From an uncultured Alphaproteobacteria bacterium (GTDB lineage Bacteria > Pseudomonadota > Alphaproteobacteria > UBA8366), in assembly GCA_963711215.1 (NCBI GenBank), contig CAVQDH010000006.1, positions 80,879-144,878 on the forward strand: a stretch of 64,000 nucleotides of DNA. The letters are read 5' to 3'. The translations under genes and the position numbers were made by a program. Position 1 is the stretch's first letter. Every line of letters begins with the position of its first letter. The notes under the pieces are model-generated. The model had not been told where the DNA came from, made no database searches, and saw only the letters and a list, made by a program, of their open reading frames with translations. Below, piece by piece: positions 39,344 to 49,145 of the stretch.

Positions 39344-41518
39344 TTACGCCTTGAGCGCCTCGAGCACGCGCTCCGGCGTGAACGGCATGTGGTAGAGCCG
39401 TTTCCCGGTCAGCGCGAAGAAGGCATTCGCCACCGCGGCCGAGATGAACGGATTGCCCATCTCGCCGATGCCTTTCGGCTTGGCGTCGCTCTCCGCGAAG
39501 GCGACGTGGATCTCCTCCGGCGCTTCCGACATGCGCAGCACCTCGTAATCGCTGAAGTTGCTCTGCTCCACGGCGCCGCCCTTGATCGTCGCGCGCTCCT
39601 TGAGCACGCTCGAGATCCCGTAGATGACGCCGCTCTCGACGTTGCGGCGCGCCATCTCGGGCTGCACCACGGTGCCGGCGTCGATCGCGATCCACGCCTT
39701 GTGCACCCGGATCTTGCCGGACGTGCGGTCGAGCGAGATCTCGACCACGCCGGCGCCGAGCGAACCTGAGCGTTCCGAGATCGAGAGCCCGAGCGCACGG
39801 CCTTCCGGCCGCTTCGTCTTCCAGTCGGACATGGTCTCGACCATCTCGAAGACGCGCGCCGCCTTCCGGGTCATGCCCAGCCGCTGGCGGCGGAACGCGA
39901 ACGGGTCGAGGCCTTCCGCCGTGGCCATCTCGTCGACCATCGCTTCGATGGCGAACAGATTGAAGGGGTGCGCCACCGCCCGCCAATGCTTGAGGCGGAT
40001 GCCGTGCGAGGCCCCGCGCAACTCGATGTCCTGATTGGGGACGCGGTAGTAGCTGTCGAGCTTGATGCCGGAATAGGTCAGGCTTCCGCCGTCGCCCACG
40101 ACGCAGTGCCGCCATCCCGATACCTTGCCGTCCTTGTCCATCGCCGCTTCGACGGATTGGAAGGTCTGCGGCCGGAACATGCCGTAGGCGATGTCTTCCT
40201 CGCGGGTCCAGATCATCTTCACCGGTTTCTTCACCGCGCGGGCGATCAGCGCCGCCTCGATGGTGTAGTCGGTGATGGTCCGCCGGCCGAAGCCGCCGCC
40301 CATGTATTGCTGATGGTGGATGACCTGCGACGGCTCCAAGCCGAGCGCTTGGGCGATCTTATGGCGCGAGGAGTCGGGCGCTTGCGTGCCTTCCCAGACC
40401 TCGACCCGGTCGCCGGCTTCGTTGAAGCGGGCGACGCCGTTCAGCGGCTCCATCTGGGCATGATATCCGTAGTCGCTCTTGAAGCGCGCCTTGAACACCT
40501 TGGCCGCGTTCCGGAAGGCGGCGTCGGTGTCGCCGGACTGCTTGACCTTTTTCACCTCGACCGATTTATCGTCGAGCATCGCCTCGTAGGTCTTGTTCAG
40601 CGCGATCTCGGAATCGTATCCCTCGGCGAGGACATCCTGGGTCCATTGGATCGCGAGCTTGCTGCGCGCGGCGATCACATGCTCGTAGGTGTCGGCGACG
40701 ACGGCGACGCCCTGGTCGAGCTTGACCACGTCGGACACGCCCTTCATCGCGCGCACCTCGGCGTCGTTCCAGCTGACCGGCTTGGAAAGCTGCACCGGCC
40801 CGTGCACCGTCGACGCATAGACCAGACCCGGCAGCTGCACGTCGATGGAATACTGCGCGGCGCCGTTGACCTTGAGCGGGATGTCCCGGCGGCCGACCGG
40901 CTTGCCGATGAGGCGGAACGCGCCCGGCTTCTTGAGCTCGTCCTTGCCGATGTCGGGCATGGTCGCGGGCGGCTCGGCGAAGGCCGCGATCTCGCCGTAG
41001 GTCATCCGCCGGCCGGAGGCGGCATGCAGGACGACGCTGGGCTCGGTCGTCAGCTCGGCCGCGCTGACCTTCCACTTTTCCGCCGCCGCCTGCAGCAGGA
41101 CCTTGCGGACCTGCGCGCCGGCGATGCGCATGTCGTCATAGTAGCTCTGGACCGCGCGGCTGCCGGCGATCACCATCGAGCGGCGGCCGCGGACCTCGTA
41201 GCCAAAGACCGCGGCGTCGGCCGGCGCCCATTCGAGCACGACCTTGTCCCAGTCGGCGTCCAGCTCTTCGGCGAGCGCGATCGGCACGCCGGTCATCGAG
41301 CCCTGGCCCATCTCCGCGCCGGGCGTCAGGATGACGATGCGGTCGTCCGCGGTGATGCGCACCCAGGCGCCGATGGTGCGGCCCTCGGCCATGGCCTGAG
41401 CGGGCGAAATCAGCGACAGGCCCTTGGGCCCGGCGGCGAGAACGAAGGAGAGGCCGGCCGCGCCGGCGAGGAAGCCGCGGCGGCTGACGCTCGGTCCTTT
41501 GGGTCGGATGTGGGTCAT
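39344..41518 (-). CDS. molybdopterin-binding oxidoreductase large subunit (IorB / aldehyde oxidase family)
   Basis: Tat signal SRRGFLAGAAGLSF. 724 aa with xanthine-dehydrogenase-family MoCo domains. Confidence 0.85.
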   Translation of the reverse strand: MTHIRPKGPSVSRRGFLAGAAGLSFVLAAGPKGLSLISPAQAMAEGRTIGAWVRITADDRIVILTPGAEMGQGSMTGVPIALAEELDADWDKVVLEWAPADAAVFGYEVRGRRSMVIAGSRAVQSYYDDMRIAGAQVRKVLLQAAAEKWKVSAAELTTEPSVVLHAASGRRMTYGEIAAFAEPPATMPDIGKDELKKPGAFRLIGKPVGRRDIPLKVNGAAQYSIDVQLPGLVYASTVHGPVQLSKPVSWNDAEVRAMKGVSDVVKLDQGVAVVADTYEHVIAARSKLAIQWTQDVLAEGYDSEIALNKTYEAMLDDKSVEVKKVKQSGDTDAAFRNAAKVFKARFKSDYGYHAQMEPLNGVARFNEAGDRVEVWEGTQAPDSSRHKIAQALGLEPSQVIHHQQYMGGGFGRRTITDYTIEAALIARAVKKPVKMIWTREEDIAYGMFRPQTFQSVEAAMDKDGKVSGWRHCVVGDGGSLTYSGIKLDSYYRVPNQDIELRGASHGIRLKHWRAVAHPFNLFAIEAMVDEMATAEGLDPFAFRRQRLGMTRKAARVFEMVETMSDWKTKRPEGRALGLSISERSGSLGAGVVEISLDRTSGKIRVHKAWIAIDAGTVVQPEMARRNVESGVIYGISSVLKERATIKGGAVEQSNFSDYEVLRMSEAPEEIHVAFAESDAKPKGIGEMGNPFISAAVANAFFALTGKRLYHMPFTPERVLEALKA

Positions 41519-41521
41519 GGC

Positions 41522-41977
41522 TTAGCCCTCCGCCGACGCGCGCTGGATCGCCGCGACGATCCGCGTGTAGGTGCCGCAGCGGCAGATGTTGCCGTTCATG
41601 TGGCGCACGATCTCGTCGCGCGACGGGCGCTTGTTCTGCGCCAGCAGCTCCGCCGCCTTCATGATCTGGCCCGACTGGCAGTAGCCGCACTGCGGTACCT
41701 GCTCGGCGATCCAGGCCGTTCTGCAGCGGATGGCTGGACGATCGGGCGACAGGCCTTCGATGGTCGTGACCGAGGCGCCCGATACTTCGGCCAGCGTCGT
41801 CTGGCACGACCGGACCGCTTTGCCGTCGACATGCACCGTGCACGCGCCGCACAGCCCGGCGCCGCAACCGAATTTGGTCCCCGTGAGCTTGAGATGCTCC
41901 CGGATCGCCCAGAGCAGCGGCGTATCGGCTTCCGCGTCCACCGATACCCGCTTGCCATTCACGTTGAATGCAACCAT
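41522..41977 (-). CDS. (2Fe-2S)-binding small subunit (IorA-like)
   Basis: CGAGLCGACTV and CGYCQSG cluster motifs. 151 aa. AAGGAG RBS. Confidence 0.9.
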   Translation of the reverse strand: MVAFNVNGKRVSVDAEADTPLLWAIREHLKLTGTKFGCGAGLCGACTVHVDGKAVRSCQTTLAEVSGASVTTIEGLSPDRPAIRCRTAWIAEQVPQCGYCQSGQIMKAAELLAQNKRPSRDEIVRHMNGNICRCGTYTRIVAAIQRASAEG

Positions 41978-41990
41978 GGAATTACGCTCC

Positions 41991-42003
41991 TTGCGTTACG
42001 CAA
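41991..42003. promoter_or_regulatory. 13-bp perfect palindrome TTGCGTAACGCAA abutting the iorA-like RBS
   Basis: Read directly from the sequence. Lies between the divergent iorA-like and MBL genes. Confidence 0.3.
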
Positions 42004-42309
42004 AGTTTCGGCTACCCCACGATGAATTTTGGAAAATGCGCAGCGTTCATCTCGCGCCGCTTCTCGAGGGTGATCTTGATCCAGATTGCAAAACCGGCAA
42101 TCGCAATCCCCCGGTGTCGAGGCCGGCCGACGGCCGTCACACGTGAATTTGATCGGGGCGGGCAGCGCGATACCGCGGCCCGTCCCGTGAATGTGACCGC
42201 GGTGCCATCCTCACGTGCGACGAAATCCTGGGAAACCGCCGGAAAAGCGGCAATACTGTTTCCCTGTTGGGACGTGAAAACTTCAAAAAACACAATTCGG
42301 GGTAAACGC

Positions 42310-43284
42310 ATGGGAAGGAATTCTGTGATGTGGGCGGCGGCCGCGACCGGCCTGACCGCCTTGCTGGCGCAGCCGGTCTGGGCGGCCAATGTGAAGGTCA
42401 CGCCGTTGGGCGGCCAGGCAGGCGAGTTCTGCCGTCAGGATCGCGCGCTGATCTTCGAGGATCCGAACGGCACGCGCATCCTCTATGATGCCGGGCGCAC
42501 GGTCGCCGGGCCGGAAGATCCGCGGCTCGGCAAGATCGACATCATCCTGGTGAGCCACATGCACGGCGACCATTTGGGCAACGCGCATAACAAGGCGCCC
42601 AACTCGGGCACCTGCGACAAGCCGGACGTTTCGGTATCGGCGCTGCCGAACTCGAATAGCGTGAACATCGCGCTGGCCAAGAAGTCGAAGATCGTGACCG
42701 GCAGCGAGATGCCGCCCTTCTTCGCCGCCAAGCTGAAGGCGAATGGCGGCAATCCCAAGGATTCGATCCTGGCCCGCTTCGGCGGCAGCGTGAAAATCGG
42801 CGGCGTGACGATCGCGACCGTCCCGGCGCTGCACAGCAACGGCCTAGACCCGGATTACATCGGCGGCGATCTCGGCAAGGCGATGAAGGCAGCGGGGATC
42901 GCCGGCGACGTCGGCCTCGCGACCGGCTACATCCTGACCTTCAGCAACGGCCTCGTCGTCTATCTGTCGGGTGACACCGGCATGATCGCGGACCAGGACA
43001 AGGTCGTGCACGGCTATTACAAGGCGAAGCTGGCGGTGATGAATATCGGCGACACCTTCACCACCGGGCCGAAGGAAGCGGCCTACGTGATCAACGACAT
43101 GGTCAGGCCGGTCTCGGTCATCGCGTCGCACGCCAACGAGGTCGCGACGAAGGACGGGAAGGTGATTCCGGGAACCAGGACGGCGATCTTCAAGAAAGCG
43201 GTCAAGGTGCCGGTCTATATTCCGCTCAGCGGCAAGACGATGGAGTTCGACAAGGGCGGCAAATGCGTCGCCGGGTGCGCATAA
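42310..43284 (+). CDS. secreted MBL-fold metallo-hydrolase
   Basis: Signal peptide ...LLAQPVWA-AN and an HMHGDH motif. ATG 42310 is preferred over the long ORF-track start. Confidence 0.75.
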   Translation: MGRNSVMWAAAATGLTALLAQPVWAANVKVTPLGGQAGEFCRQDRALIFEDPNGTRILYDAGRTVAGPEDPRLGKIDIILVSHMHGDHLGNAHNKAPNSGTCDKPDVSVSALPNSNSVNIALAKKSKIVTGSEMPPFFAAKLKANGGNPKDSILARFGGSVKIGGVTIATVPALHSNGLDPDYIGGDLGKAMKAAGIAGDVGLATGYILTFSNGLVVYLSGDTGMIADQDKVVHGYYKAKLAVMNIGDTFTTGPKEAAYVINDMVRPVSVIASHANEVATKDGKVIPGTRTAIFKKAVKVPVYIPLSGKTMEFDKGGKCVAGCA

Positions 43285-43308
43285 GCGTCGTTTCACGGTA
43301 ACAACCTT

Positions 43309-43346
43309 ACGGGGCGATGCGGGTTTCCGTGTCGCCCCGTTTGCTT
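43309..43346 (+). terminator. probable intrinsic terminator
   Basis: ACGGGGCGA / TCGCCCCGT 9-bp stem with a 14-nt loop, followed by TTGCTT. Confidence 0.45.
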
Positions 43347-43359
43347 CGACATGACGTGG

Positions 43360-44292
43360 CTAAGGCCCCTCGACGCCGACCCGGCCGCCGCCGTCGACCA
43401 CGACCGTCTGGAAATGCAGCGGAACGACGACCTTGCTGTCGGGCGCGGCGGCGCGCACCTCGTCGACGAAGGCGCCGGTCTGCGCCAGCGCCTTGTCCTG
43501 CGGCGCGCCGAAGGGCAGGCCCTGATCGTCCCAATGCGTAGCGACGACGATCGGCGGGTTGCCGAGGCAGCGCATCAGCCGGGCGGTATAGTCGCGGATC
43601 TCGAGCCGCGGCGGCGCGGATGCGACGAAGACGATGTCCGGGCGCAGCCCCTCGATCTCGCGCTCGATATAGTTCATCGACCCGAACAGCAGGATCTCGC
43701 GCCCGGCGAAGCGCAGCAGATAGGCGAGAGTGCCGCCCTCGACATACTCGTCCAGGCTGAGCGGCCGGGTCGTGGCGGGGATGGTGCCGAAATCGCGATA
43801 GAGCTTGCAGGACAGCGCCGAATGGAGGCTCGGCACGATGCGAAGCGAGAAGCGCTCGAAGGCGTAGTCCTCGCCGCCCTTGACCGCCAGCGTCTGCTCC
43901 AGCGGCACGCCGTTGTTGAGCGCCACGTTCACCGTGCTCTCGGTGCCGATGACGACCGCGCCGGTCTTCTTGGCGATATAGGGCACGTCCATGCAGTGGT
44001 TGAAGTGCGAATGCGACAGCATGACGTAATCCGCGCGCGGCACATGCGTATCGACGGTGGCGGTGTCCGTCGTGGGCGCTTCGTCCATCCGGATGACCGG
44101 CCGCGGATCGTTCGGCACCGCGGTCGCGTCGGTCGGCCCGAAGCGGCGCCCCTTGAAGCGGACGCGCGACAGATAGGGGTCGAGCAGGAAGACCATCTCG
44201 CCGTCCGTGATCGACCAGCCGGCCGCGCCGAAATGCGTCATCCGCAAGGTCGGCCGGTTTCCTTGGCCCCGGCTGTCCTGCTTCCCGTCCAT
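43360..44292 (-). CDS. MBL-fold metallo-hydrolase
   Basis: HSHFNHCMD (HxHxDH-like) motif. ATG 44292 after AGGGGA. Confidence 0.75.
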   Translation of the reverse strand: MDGKQDSRGQGNRPTLRMTHFGAAGWSITDGEMVFLLDPYLSRVRFKGRRFGPTDATAVPNDPRPVIRMDEAPTTDTATVDTHVPRADYVMLSHSHFNHCMDVPYIAKKTGAVVIGTESTVNVALNNGVPLEQTLAVKGGEDYAFERFSLRIVPSLHSALSCKLYRDFGTIPATTRPLSLDEYVEGGTLAYLLRFAGREILLFGSMNYIEREIEGLRPDIVFVASAPPRLEIRDYTARLMRCLGNPPIVVATHWDDQGLPFGAPQDKALAQTGAFVDEVRAAAPDSKVVVPLHFQTVVVDGGGRVGVEGP

Positions 44293-44475
44293 GCGATTCC
44301 CCTGTCGCCGTTCCGCCGCCGCCGAGCGTATTCGGTTTCGCAGCCGCAGGAACACTTCCCGGCGCCTGTCCGTCGCCCATCGCCCGCTCCTGTCGTGTCC
44401 CGCGATCCGCAGAAGCCTATGCAATCGCCGCGATCCGGGCAATTTCAAACGGCGGCTACGGAATTTCGAAATCGA

Positions 44476-44772
44476 TCAACGGCCGTATTGCTGGCAGCCG
44501 AGCACGTCCCAGTCGCCGGGACTGCCGTTCGGGCGGCTGCGGTAGATCGTGAACTTGATCGCGTTGGCGACGTCGAAGGTGACGAAGTCGGAGATGCGCG
44601 CCTCGGGAATACTGAACAGCCGGGCCATGCTCTCGCGGGTGATTGCGCCGCTCTCGACGGTGCGCCGGTAGGCCGCCGCGTCAGGGAAGATGATGTCGAA
44701 GGTGATTTGGTTGACGCCCGCGTTCTTGCTGCGGATCGTCGAGGCAAGCTCGCTCAGCCTGGTCATCGTCAT
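44476..44772 (-). CDS. DUF4387 domain protein
   Basis: RSKNAGVNQITFDIIF...FDVANAIKFTI pattern. ATGA overlap with the AtuA-like gene. Confidence 0.7.
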   Translation of the reverse strand: MTMTRLSELASTIRSKNAGVNQITFDIIFPDAAAYRRTVESGAITRESMARLFSIPEARISDFVTFDVANAIKFTIYRSRPNGSPGDWDVLGCQQYGR

Positions 44773-46136
44773 ACGCCTGCTTCGATAAGGTGCACGGGGA
44801 ACAGCTCCATCGGGTCGTCGATCGGCATCGTGTGGTTGACGTTCCAGACATAGCCGGGCGAGGAGCGCATCGTCTGCTTCGTGGTCGCCGCGGTGCCGGC
44901 GGTGCCTTTCACGCCGGGAATGCGGGCGAGGAAGAACATGCGGACCGCGAAGTCGGTGATCTTTGCCGCCAGCGCGTCGGTGTCCGCCAGCCCCTCGACG
45001 ACGATGCCGAGCTCATGTGTCTGCGTCTGCTTGACCGGTTCCAGCTCCTTCAGAACGCCGTTGCGGCCGAAGACGTGGAAGAACAGCTCGTATTTTTCGT
45101 TACCGAAGCGCTTCGCGACCGCGCTCTTGCACCACTCGATCGCGTCATCGATGCGGCGCACGACATGCGGGTCGCGCACGCCGACGACGCCCATGTAGCG
45201 CTCGCCGACCTTCTTCGCACCCTCGATCTTGACGCGCAGCTCCTTGGCCGGGATCCATTCCGCGCCCGCGATCCGGCAGGACCGCGCGTCGAACTGCTCG
45301 TATCTGCAGTGGCGCATGTCGAGCAGCCCGCCGAGGGTATGCTCATAGAACGGGTTCTCCCGCTCGTACATCGAATGGCCGGCAGCCGATGCGACGGTGC
45401 AGCGCTGCGCCGGATGGTAAGGCGTGATCTTGATGTCGTCCTGCGAGATCGTGCCGATGATCGTCTCCTTGCCCATGAAGGGCTCGGCCACCAGCGAGGC
45501 GCATTCGATCATCTTGCCCATGTGATAGGCCAGCGCCTCGGGGAAGCCTGCGCGGATGCAGGGCGCTGCCGTGAAATTGATGTCGCCGCAGCGCCCGCCG
45601 ATGATCACATCGGCGCCCATGTTCAAGAGCTCGACGAAGGGATGGATGCCGGCCACCGCGACGATGCGTGCCGCCTGGTCGATCTCGTCGGCGGTGAGCG
45701 CGGGAAAGCCGCCGAGGCCGGTGATCGCCTTGCCCGCGTCGAGCTTCGCCTTGAGATAGGCCTTTGGGACTTCGAGTAGAAATAGCCGATCTTGAACTTC
45801 GGAATCCGGTGCTCGGCCGCAGCTCCCTGATCATCGAAACGAAGTGATCGACACCGTGGTTGCTTCCGGTGTCGCCGGCTGAGCCGATGATCAGCGGGAT
45901 GCCGCGCTTGCGGGATTCGGTCAGGAACAGCTCCAGCTCGTCCCGGGCGAAATGGCCGAGCGTGATGTTCTCGCCGAGATACACCGGGCCCGGGTCGAAC
46001 TGCCGCCGTCCGCGACGACATAGTCGGGATTAGTCGCCATGCCGGCGTGAAAGCTCTCGGGGCTCGAGGGCGCCGTGCCGAGATGGCCGGTCGAGATCAG
46101 CACCCGGAGGGTTTTTGTCCGTGACGTGTCAGCCAT
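44769..46136 (-). pseudogene. AtuA-family (DUF1446) protein, three frameshifts as sequenced
   Basis: The protein is readable only across four frames: MADTSRTKTLRVLISTGHLG... / FDPGPVYLGENITLG... / AAEHRIPKFKIGYFYS / EVPKAYLKAKLDAG...IHPFVELLNMGADVIIGG.... Junctions near 46000, 45819 and 45773. Confidence 0.75.
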
Positions 46137-46149
46137 GGAAGGCATCCTT

Positions 46150-48042
46150 TCAGGGTAGGCTTCGTCGGCGATATCCTGCCGCCGTCGTTTCGACAGCAGG
46201 GTCTCGGCGGTCATGCCGGCCAGCGCGAGCGCACCGCCGGCGAGGAAAAGACGGTTGTCGGGCGCGAGCAGCAGCCCGCCCGCGATCAGGTAGAGCGCGC
46301 GCAGCAGCCAGTTGAGCGGGCCCAGCAGGTAGCCGAAGAAGCCGGCGGCGAGGAGGATGGCGCCGAAAACGCCGCTGATCGCCGCCGTGACCACGTCGAA
46401 AGCCGGTCCGCGCGCGATGAGCGCGGGATCGAGCACGAAGAAGAACGGCACCAGGAAGGCGACGACGCCGAGCCGCATGCCGACCAGCGACGCCTTGAAC
46501 CAGTTGCCTCCGGACAGGTTGGCGCCGATCACGCAGGCGGTGCAGGTGGGCGGCGTGACGGAGGCCAACGTCGCCCAGTAGAGCAGGAACATGTGGACAG
46601 CGACGACGTCCAGGTGCAGCCGCACCAGGGCCGGGGCGATCAGCGAGGCCGACAGGATGTAGGTCGCCGTCACCGGGAGCGGCGCGCCGAGCACGAGCGG
46701 GATGATCGCCGCGACCAGCAGCGAGGCGATCAGGGATTGGCCGCCCATCTCGAGGATCAGGCTGCTGACCTTGGGTGCCACGCCGGTCAGCCCGAGCAGG
46801 CTGGTGAACATGGCGACCGCGACGAGGATCGGCGCCACTTGCGCGACCGACACGCCGCCATGCGCCAATGCGTCGACCAGCTCGCGCGCCCGGGTCCTCA
46901 TGCCCGCGGGCGAGAGATCGGACAGGAGATAGAGCACGATGACCGTCACGCAGGCGAAGAAGCCGGACGCGGTGAGATTGTACCCGCGGAAAAGCAGACC
47001 CAGCAGCACGGCCACCGGCAGGAAAAGGGGCATGATCTTGGCCCAGGTGAAGACATCGCGGGCGCGCGGCAGCTCGGTGACGGGAACCGCGGCGAGGCCG
47101 GCGCGCCGCGCCTCGAAATGCACGCCCGCGATGATGCCGATATAGAACAACAGGCAGGGGATCGTCGCGTAGCCGATGATGTTGAGATAGGGGATGTTCA
47201 GCAGGTCGGCCATGATGAAGGCCGCGATGCCCATCACGGGCGGCGTGATGCCGCCGCCGGTCGACGACATCGCCTCCACCCCGGCCGCGAAGTTGCGGTC
47301 GTAGCCGAGCCGGCGCATCAGCGGGATGGTGTAGTTGCCGGTCACCGAGACGTTGGCGACGGCGCTGCCGGAAATCATGCCGAACAGCGCGCTGGCCACG
47401 ACCCCGACCTTGGCGGGGCCGCCCTTGAAGCGGCCGGCGATCAACAGCGCGAGGTCGATGAAGGTCTGGCCGCCGCCGGTCGCCTGCAGCAGCGCGCCGA
47501 ACAGGATGAACATCGCGATGAAGGTGGCGGATGTGCCGGTGAGCGAGCCGTAGATGCCGGAGGCGGAGGAAATAGAGCGAGTCGATGACGTAGGCGAGCG
47601 GGAAGCCGGGATGGATCCAGATGCCCGGCATGTAGGGACCGACGAAGACATAGGCGAAGATCAGGATGACGCAGATCGGGATCGCCCATCCGGCGGCGCG
47701 GCGCGCGGCGTCGAGGATGACCACCGCGATCGCTATGCCCAGCACGTGGTCGAGCGGGCCCGCCTCGCTGGTGAAGGTGATGATGTTCTCCCAATCGACG
47801 AAGATCAGGAGGTTGGCCGCGGCGGCAACCGCTATCAGCACGACGTCGACCCCGAGCGAGAGGCCGGGCACGCGTTTACGGAACAGCGGCACGGCGAGCA
47901 GGATCGTGCAGAGCGCCAGAAAGACGTGCAATGCGCGAAGCTGCATGTCGTAGAGGGGAACTCATGTGGGCACGATCAGCTGGAAGACCGCGAAGGCAAG
48001 GCCGGTCCAGTAGGTCGCATGGGTGCGCGCGCGCTCGAACAT
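46150..48042 (-). pseudogene. TRAP transporter fused 4TM/12TM permease (TAXI-type), with an in-frame stop and a frameshift
   Basis: MFERARTHATYWTGLAFAVFQLIVPT-TGA(47962-47964)-VPLYDMQLRALH.... Frame switch near 47568 (DSLYF|SASGIYG). No stop separates its frame from the AtuA start, so the 3' end is uncertain. Confidence 0.8.
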
Positions 48043-48081
48043 GATGGACTGCTCCGGAAAAGGGCGGCCTGCAGGCGCTCG

Positions 48082-49128
48082 TTATCTCGGCGCTTTGTAT
48101 TCCGGCGGGATCAGCTGCTCGGGCACGTGGATCCCCTTCTCCTTGGCGAACTGGATGACGCCGGCATGGAACAGGATGCTCTTCACGTCAGGCGTCTGCT
48201 TGAACGCGTCTGCGATCGGGTCGAGCCCTTTGGTGGGCGGGTAGGCCTCGTTGATCTCGGCCCAACCTTCGTAGACGCTTTGACGATGCGGTAACCGACT
48301 TCCTGCGACATGCGCGCGCTAGACATGACCATCACGGCGGAGCTCATTTCGAGGAACGGGCGGGCGTCGGAAGCTCCCGGATGCCGCCCTTGGGCGTCAG
48401 CGTGAAGGTGTTCATCGGGTCCTGTGCCATCAGCTTGTCGGCTTCCTCTTTGGAGAAGCCGATGACGGTGAGCGGATTGCCGTAGTGGACGGCAAGCATG
48501 GCCGTATCGAAGCGGTCGTAAGGGCTGCCCTTCAGCATGCCCGCGAGCTTGCCTTCCTTGAGCTTGTCGGTCGCATCCTCGAGCGAGCCCGGCGTCATGC
48601 GGATCCCGGTGCCGAGCAGCTTGTTGGCCGCGATGGCGCGCGCCATGTCGCGGGTGCCGGGGACGCCCGGCGCAAAGGACTTGCCTTTGAGGTCGGCCCA
48701 GCTCTTGATCCCATCCTGCTTCGCCATCGCCGCCGGAACGTAGATGCGGGTGACGTTGACGTTGCGCATGAACATCAGGCGGATCGGCTCCCACGGCCCT
48801 TCTTCTTGAAGTTGGCGGTGCCGGTGCGCACCGCATTGACCACCGCCGGGCTGCCGCTGACCGACCAGTCGAGCACGCCTTGCTTCATCAGCTTCGCGTG
48901 GTCGAAGCCCCCGCCGCCCTCGACGGCTGTGACGTTGATGGCGGGGTCGTGCTTGTGCACGGCATTCGCCAGCCCGACCGAGAAAGCATAGACGCCCGAG
49001 GACGAGCTCACGCTTCCCAACGACAGGTTTACCGGCTTCTTCGCGTCCGCGGCGTTTTGTGCCGCGGCGGAGGCGACGGAAAGCGTGCTCATCAGCAACG
49101 CCAGGAACGTTCCTCTTAACCTGTGCAT
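48082..49128 (-). pseudogene. TAXI-family TRAP solute-binding protein, three frameshifts as sequenced
   Basis: Signal peptide followed by a TAXI body, readable across frames with junctions near 48797 (KKKGP|WEPIRLMFM), 48369 (IRELP|DARPFLEM) and 48276 (VKA|YEGWAEINEAYPP). Confidence 0.8.
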
Positions 49129-49145
49129 GGCAGGACTCCCTTGCC

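Noticed and set aside
41991-42003. FNR/FixK box.
   Set aside because: The palindrome is TTG-N7-CAA (13 bp), not the 14-bp TTGAT-N4-ATCAA spacing, so it does not fit the Crp/Fnr consensus.
46136-46150. A genuine TRAP-permease-AtuA fusion protein, since the permease frame runs into the AtuA start without a stop.
   Set aside because: An AAGGA RBS and an ATG sit exactly at the AtuA start. A TGA is available in an adjacent frame at 46150-46152. The locus is riddled with indels, so a lost stop through a nearby indel is more likely.
47962-47964. TGA recoding (selenocysteine, or TGA read as Trp).
   Set aside because: No SECIS-like hairpin is evident downstream. TGA is used as an ordinary stop by many genes in this window. 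The position is in a TM helix, where Sec is implausible. A nonsense substitution or a base-call error is simpler.
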